64,000 bases of DNA from a virus: IMG/VR virus record IMGVR_UViG_3300014208_000031, positions 103,665 through 167,664 of that record. The stretch is one strand, 5' to 3'. This document shows, one piece after another, positions 59,157 through 64,000 of this stretch. Position numbers and translations under genes: made by a program. The stretch's first letter is position 1, and each line of letters starts with the position of its first letter. Below the pieces are notes generated by a model. That model was not told where the DNA came from. It did not search any database and saw only the letters and a program-made list of their open reading frames with translations.

Positions 59157-59555
59157 TTATTTTTTGTATCTAACACGCGGCTCAAATATATTTCCTATTA
59201 CTTGAATTGATTTGTTAATGATTTCTTTATTACATAAATTATATCCCCAACACGCGCGGAATCCATAATCAGTGTGAAAAACTATTTGAGTTTCAATTTC
59301 TTCAATTCTTAAATTATCTTCATATCCAGAACCGACTTGTCGTTCAAATAAACAAATATCTCCTTCGTAAATTTCATGATTATCTCTGTCTTTTAATCCT
59401 GTAAATTGACAATAAGTTATATTTTTATCATATAGACTAAAAGGTCTCCCTACTAGGGGATTTTCAGTTCCATCATATTCAAATTCTATTTCAGATGGAT
59501 TAAGCCATTCTTTTTTGTTGTTATCCCAAAATTTAAATTTAATTTCTCGTTGCAT
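59157..59555 (-). CDS. YopX-family protein
   Basis: REIKFKFWD, QFTGLKD..EIYEGDI, VIGNIFE. Confidence 0.88.
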   Translation of the reverse strand: MQREIKFKFWDNNKKEWLNPSEIEFEYDGTENPLVGRPFSLYDKNITYCQFTGLKDRDNHEIYEGDICLFERQVGSGYEDNLRIEEIETQIVFHTDYGFRACWGYNLCNKEIINKSIQVIGNIFEPRVRYKK

Positions 59556-59580
59556 AAAATCTCTCAAAAAATATATCCTT

Positions 59581-60498
59581 TTACGATTTCGATTCAACTA
59601 AACATTTTAATTTCCCGTGGATTTTGTCTAGATGACTCATAATTTTAGTAGAAGATACATTATATTTTTTCGCCAGCCCGGACAATGTATGTTTTTGACA
59701 ATTAATACCATATCGGTTGTAAATAATTGATCTTTCTTTCTCTGGTAATTCATCTAAAGACCTTAATAAGTTATCAAACTTTTCTTTTTCTTCTAAATGC
59801 GAATATGGAGTAAAATTCAATCCATTGTTTAAAACAGTATCTTTCCCGTCAGATTCCGGGCGGCTATAATAACCAAATTCGTTTTGTAAAGTTAAAGAAT
59901 CAATTAACCCGTCATTTCCTAAATTCTCAATCGGTTTGTCCAACTCCACGGATTTCTTAAATAAGTTTAATAATAGTTTTGTTTCGGATTTTTTAAGTTT
60001 TAGTTTTTCACCAATCATGTTTTGTATTTCGTTTTCGTCTAAATCATTAAATTTACCTTGTTTATATAATTTGTTGATGTTATTTAAACGAGTGTTGGAA
60101 GTATCACTAACACTAAATTGTCTTATATTTTCTCTGTAAAAGTTCCATAATTCTTTAAGTATAGCTCTATAACAAAAAAATCCCCAAAGTGAGCCGCCCG
60201 TTTTATTTATTGTTTTATACATTGAAAGGTCAAAAGTTTCCAGCGCCCGGCCAATTCCGATAATTCCTGCGTGTATTAAATCTGCTCGTGACAAATTATT
60301 GTTTTTCGCGTATTTTCTAGAGAGAGAAACAACAACTTTTAAATAGGCAGTTATTAATTTTTCGCGGGACTCTTGACACTTATGATTTATACATTTGTCT
60401 AATAAATCAAATTCCTCGGTTTTCTTTAGCATTTTTGTCTCGGCGGCTAATTTTTCATAATAATTAATAATTATTGTTTCAGTTTGATTATCGTTCAT
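59581..60498 (-). CDS. sigma-70 family RNA polymerase sigma factor
   Basis: REKLI..L..VVSLSRKY, DLIHAG.IG..RA.E.FD (region 2), L.EKER.II..RYG..TL..LA (region 4). Confidence 0.85.
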   Translation of the reverse strand: MNDNQTETIIINYYEKLAAETKMLKKTEEFDLLDKCINHKCQESREKLITAYLKVVVSLSRKYAKNNNLSRADLIHAGIIGIGRALETFDLSMYKTINKTGGSLWGFFCYRAILKELWNFYRENIRQFSVSDTSNTRLNNINKLYKQGKFNDLDENEIQNMIGEKLKLKKSETKLLLNLFKKSVELDKPIENLGNDGLIDSLTLQNEFGYYSRPESDGKDTVLNNGLNFTPYSHLEEKEKFDNLLRSLDELPEKERSIIYNRYGINCQKHTLSGLAKKYNVSSTKIMSHLDKIHGKLKCLVESKS

Positions 60499-60572
60499 TT
60501 TGTTTTATGTTTTTCCTTTTTACTTGGGGTTTGTGTTTCGTCGTAACTTGCTGATTTCCAACAACTTTTAAA

Positions 60573-60601
60573 ACTGTATCAGATGAACTAATGGAAGTCA
60601 A
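60573..60601 (-). promoter_or_regulatory. sigma70-like promoter for the sigma factor gene
   Basis: TTGACT-N17-TACAGT. Confidence 0.55.
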
Positions 60602-61022
60602 ATTTACCAAGTCTGAAATAAGACAATTTTAGTGCATTCGCCGGATTTTTTACTCTGGAAAACGGTATGATTAAGTTGCTTTATCATTTCTGACGACTAC
60701 GTATATCAATTCCAAGAATTTCTCTGTAATCTCCAATTTTTCCTGATTTCAAGCGTATATCTAGAGAAAATAGGCCGTTTTTTAGTTTTGGGCTGATTCG
60801 AGCATTAGAATTTTATCGACCTATTATGCATTGTTATCAATTTATTAAATTGTTTCCAGCGATATTGTTTACCAATGCTCGACTTTATCACCACATTATA
60901 CTTTACACCAAAACTATATGCTTTTGTAGAAAAAATTTACTTTTTAATTTGTCCGCGCCAATTTAAGTAAGTTTAGGTTTTGGGGTTTTCAGGGTCGGTA
61001 TTAAACTTTTCAAAGAAACTTG

Positions 61023-61051
61023 TTGACTTTTTCCGGTGGATAGTATAAGAT
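61023..61051 (+). promoter_or_regulatory. sigma70-like promoter
   Basis: TTGACT-N17-TAAGAT, 14 nt before ATG 61066. Confidence 0.6.
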
Positions 61052-61065
61052 GGAGTTTCAAAATT

Positions 61066-61734
61066 ATGAAAACTTCACAAAACATCGCAGACATTATCAA
61101 AAACAAATCAGGATTATATGAAGGAAACCTCAACCATTATTTCAAGATGGTTTTTGAAAAGGCTAAAAACTTAAATAATCCTTACCACAATTTTAGACAT
61201 ATTTTTCATGTAGTATTTTTATGTCATAAGGCTTTGGAATTTTATTTTGAAGAATATGGAAACAATTTCATCACAAAAGATGAAGGCCGAGCACTTTTAA
61301 TTGCTGCTATGTTTCACGATTTTGATCATCCCGGCAAAACTGGAAATGACGATTTAAATATTAATTTTGCAATACGCGGAATTAGAAATAACATTTTAGA
61401 AGATGATAAATATTTGTTAGATTTAATTACCGATATGATTAGATCAACCGAATATCCTGTAAATCCAAAATATAACAGAGAAAAAATATCTTTAATTTAT
61501 CAGATTTTATGTGACACTGATATTAGTCAAGCATTATCTGTAGCGTGGATTCAACAAATTATTTTTGGACTGGCGGTAGAAATGAATATGACACCTAAAA
61601 AGATTCTAGAAATGCAAGGAGTTTTTATAGGTGGACTTAAATTTTATACAGAATGGGCAAATAAAGAATTTACGAAAGAAATGATTGATGAAAAAATTAA
61701 AGAGGCCGCGGAATTATTAGAATTATTAAATTAA
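61066..61734 (+). CDS. HD-domain protein resembling class I 3',5'-cyclic nucleotide phosphodiesterase
   Basis: NPYHNFRH..HV, AAMFHDFDHPG, I.ST, CDTDI. Confidence 0.75.
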   Translation: MKTSQNIADIIKNKSGLYEGNLNHYFKMVFEKAKNLNNPYHNFRHIFHVVFLCHKALEFYFEEYGNNFITKDEGRALLIAAMFHDFDHPGKTGNDDLNINFAIRGIRNNILEDDKYLLDLITDMIRSTEYPVNPKYNREKISLIYQILCDTDISQALSVAWIQQIIFGLAVEMNMTPKKILEMQGVFIGGLKFYTEWANKEFTKEMIDEKIKEAAELLELLN

Positions 61735-61738
61735 AACT

Positions 61739-62137
61739 ATGAAAACACAAAATAAAACTAAAACAAGACAATTAAAATTTAGAATTTAGGATAAAACACA
61801 AAATAAATTTCTTAAAGACGATTATGAAAATTACTATCTAGATTTGAATGGAAAAGTAATAGTAGGAATTCCTAATACAAACGGCGGGGACATTTTAGTG
61901 GAAGTTTGTGAACCAATAATTCAACAATTCACCGGTTTAAACGATAAACTTGGCAACCAGATTTATGAAGGAGATATTTTATTTTCTTTAGGCAAAAAGT
62001 TTGAAATTAAATATCTTGGATCGTCTTTTTGTGTAGAAAATGTTTTAGACGAAGAAGAGTATTATCCTTTAGACTCTTGTATGCTTCATAAATACGAAAT
62101 AGTAGGAAACATTTTTTCACAGCAAAAATTTACTTGA
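61739..62137 (+). pseudogene. YopX-family gene with one in-frame TAG
   Basis: MKTQNKTKTRQLKFRI*DK..QFTGLNDK..IYEGDI..IVGNIF; TAG at 61787-61789 replaces the Trp of KFRxWD. Confidence 0.75.
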
Positions 62138-62206
62138 TTAAACAATGTCTTTAGAAAATTTATAGACAAATGTAGAAAAGTAAAATTTCAGAAAGAAAAA
62201 CAAAAT

Positions 62207-63157
62207 ATGCACCAAACATTCTATTTACCAGCGCCAAAACCAGTTGAGCCGCCCGCCGCGCCTCCTAAAATCATAATTATTAATCATATTCAAGATGAAA
62301 ATAGTTTGACAACAAAAGATTCAAGTAAAGAAGAAAAAACTGAGTATTTGAGACTAATTTTCTTCCAAAATATTTTAAAGTTTATTGACAAACTCCCAGC
62401 CGGGATTCATGACAAAATTAAAAAAGTCTGGGATCAAATTTTAGAAAAATGTCAAACCAATCAAATGTTTGATATTGATTATTTATTTCAAATTTATCAA
62501 GAATATATTGATTTTTGCTTCGGTGTGGAAATGCAACCTCATTCTTCTATCATTTTAAGTTTATTCTTTCAAAGGATTTCCGGCCCGGTCGGTTCAATTG
62601 AGAAATCCGCGGATTATGCTTACAGAGATTTAAGAGAAGAATTTAATTGTGCTGTGGGAATTTGTTGCAAAGTCAAACGATTGATTTTATCGTTAAAAAC
62701 AGTAGAAATTAAAGATGATTTTGAAGAAAGTGTTTATAGAGATTTAAATTTGGCCCGCGTGGGTTATCCATACATAGATTTTATCACTTATCAAAATAAA
62801 ATTGATAAACAAAGCCGCGCGATGGGGTTGACTAAATTAGAATGTTGGGAAGTTAAAAAAGCTATTAATAAAAAGTTAGACAGTTTGAATTCTCTTTATT
62901 TGCATCAGTATTTTGTAAGAAAGTATGCTGCTCAGGCAAAACAAAATATTAATTATTATAGACATGTTTTAGATAGTAAAATTATTTGCTTGCAACAAGC
63001 GAACGACGAAAAGAATTTACCACAAAAAACAATTGATCACAAAAGCAAAGTTTCTTTAAAAGATGAAGAAAAAGATCAAGTTATAAATTCTGATGTTATT
63101 GATATTGATGTAGAAATAGAATTAAGCCCAGACACTCGCGGTGATTCGTTTAAATAG
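62207..63157 (+). CDS. hypothetical protein (Pro-rich N-terminus)
   Basis: 316-aa ORF. Confidence 0.7.
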   Translation: MHQTFYLPAPKPVEPPAAPPKIIIINHIQDENSLTTKDSSKEEKTEYLRLIFFQNILKFIDKLPAGIHDKIKKVWDQILEKCQTNQMFDIDYLFQIYQEYIDFCFGVEMQPHSSIILSLFFQRISGPVGSIEKSADYAYRDLREEFNCAVGICCKVKRLILSLKTVEIKDDFEESVYRDLNLARVGYPYIDFITYQNKIDKQSRAMGLTKLECWEVKKAINKKLDSLNSLYLHQYFVRKYAAQAKQNINYYRHVLDSKIICLQQANDEKNLPQKTIDHKSKVSLKDEEKDQVINSDVIDIDVEIELSPDTRGDSFK

Positions 63158-63173
63158 TTTTAGAAAGAAAAAT

Positions 63174-63539
63174 ATGAAAAATAGAGAAATTAAATTTAGA
63201 GTCTGGAATCATGGTGATGATCGCGGCGGAAAAACTGGAATGTATTATTATGATTTAGAATTTGCCGCCAGATGTTATAAGCATCCAGAATATTATACCT
63301 TACAACAATTTACAGGAATACTTGATAAAAATAGCCGCGAAATTTATGAAGGCGATATTATTAAAGCAGAATATAAAGAAAAAGGAAATTTTATAGTTGG
63401 AGAAATTAAGTTTGGTTCGGGCGGATTCTTTATCAATAAATACGATTATTTGTGGTTTGGGGTTAAAAATGATGTTTATGAAGATGGAGAAGTGGTTGGG
63501 AATATTTTTGAGAATCCTGAGTTATTAAATAAGGAATAG
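63174..63539 (+). CDS. YopX-family protein
   Basis: REIKFRVW, QFTG..DKN..EIYEGDI, VVGNIFENPELL; ATG 63174. Confidence 0.88.
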   Translation: MKNREIKFRVWNHGDDRGGKTGMYYYDLEFAARCYKHPEYYTLQQFTGILDKNSREIYEGDIIKAEYKEKGNFIVGEIKFGSGGFFINKYDYLWFGVKNDVYEDGEVVGNIFENPELLNKE

Positions 63540-63545
63540 TTCTTG

Positions 63546-64000
63546 TACTGCTTCGCAGTAATAAAGAATAAGAATTTGTTTTAAAATCAATCTATCTTTC
63601 GGAACGAATCAGAAATACAGGGTCCACCTTATCTTGGGTAATTTCTTAAATTGATGTTTTAAATAGAACGTAAAATCATATTACTCCTCCATACGGCGCC
63701 CGTCGCTTCTTAGTGCTAACGGTTAGAGACTATTTTCTAAACTATGTAACTAAATACAAAAAACAATATTTGCCTGTTCGGACTCTAAAATCTATCTTTA
63801 CGGTGACGTAATCAGTTTCTACAGAGTTTTAACTCTAAGTCTAACGAGCCGCTCTCCCGAAATCTCGTAATCATCTTAAATCAATAAGACAAATATGCTT
63901 AGTGCTCCTTTTTACGGTTAATTGACTGCTCAATTAAGTTCTTTTTACAGAACGCTTGGTGGTTTCTTATGTTTCTATTATGGCGGTTTTATTTGGATAT
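63546..64000. other. ORF-free, hairpin-dense region (possible structured RNA or origin), truncated by the window edge
   Basis: At least seven short inverted repeats and two direct repeats; no ORF in the track. Confidence 0.4.

Larger units (their letters stand above)
5089..59581 (-). promoter_or_regulatory. dispersed phage promoter-like motif AAAG(G/T)ATATA, at least 21 copies
   Basis: Plus-strand TATAT(C/A)CTTT starting at 5089, 12133, 12467, 15726, 20610, 21077, 21608, 24660, 26316, 28722, 30388, 31645, 33896, 36418, 37824, 39877, 44804, 50067, 51703, 55519, 59572; all are co-oriented and lie just upstream of genes or of the RNA candidate. Confidence 0.8.

Noticed and set aside
5089-59581. 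AAAGGA read as an ordinary Shine-Dalgarno sequence
   Set aside because: The T variant lacks GG, spacing to the start would be about 11 nt, TATA is invariant, and one copy precedes a non-coding unit; kept only as the alternative hypothesis
432-60139. Short plus-strand ORFs in the track that lie within minus-strand genes (e.g. 432-623, 21585-21974, 52634-53002) and nested minus ORFs (11718, 38500, 54557)
   Set aside because: Shadow frames of well-supported genes with no motifs; only 15820-16143 occupies free space and has an upstream signal
45635-62137. Stop-codon reassignment suggested by in-frame TGA (Gly position) and TAG (Trp position)
   Set aside because: TGA and TAG end many intact genes at sensible positions, the two cases involve different codons, and each is one substitution from the expected sense codon
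1-64000. CRISPR array, tRNA or rRNA genes
   Set aside because: No regularly spaced repeats or cloverleaf/T-loop signatures seen by eye; the Cas4-like exonuclease is a stand-alone phage type

Overview
The window looks like part of a large, AT-rich (roughly 27-29% GC by eye) lytic dsDNA phage genome. From about 235 to 60,500 almost all genes are tightly packed on the minus strand, followed by a divergent plus-strand block (61-63.5 kb). Contents: (1) many small hypothetical ORFs plus nucleotide-pool and counter-defence-type genes (DUF5664 diphosphohydrolase, Acb2-like, HAD nucleotidase, macro, NUDIX, SLOG, MazG, HD-type phosphodiesterase); (2) a MotA/ExbB + ExbD-like membrane module; (3) two DNA methyltransferases; (4) a replication/recombination core (DEDDh exonuclease, PD-(D/E)xK exonuclease, primase, DnaB-like helicase, RecA-like protein); (5) a ~23 kb sugar-nucleotide/glycosyltransferase/methyltransferase island; (6) class II RNR, dCMP deaminase, a lone receiver-domain protein and a sigma-70 factor; (7) seven free-standing homing-endonuclease-like genes. 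Signals not explained by the gene calls: a 10-bp motif AAAG(G/T)ATATA in at least 21 copies, 11 of them exactly 7 nt before a start codon (suggesting leaderless mRNAs from a phage promoter), and a second motif GTGTAAA with similar spacing; strong frame-independent enrichment of CCG/CGG micro-islands (CCGCGCGG at least 13 times); a stand-alone structured RNA candidate at 12.2-12.45 kb; and a hairpin-dense ORF-free region at the right end. No tRNA, rRNA, CRISPR array or virion structural genes were recognised. All family calls come from reading motifs by eye; no searches were run.
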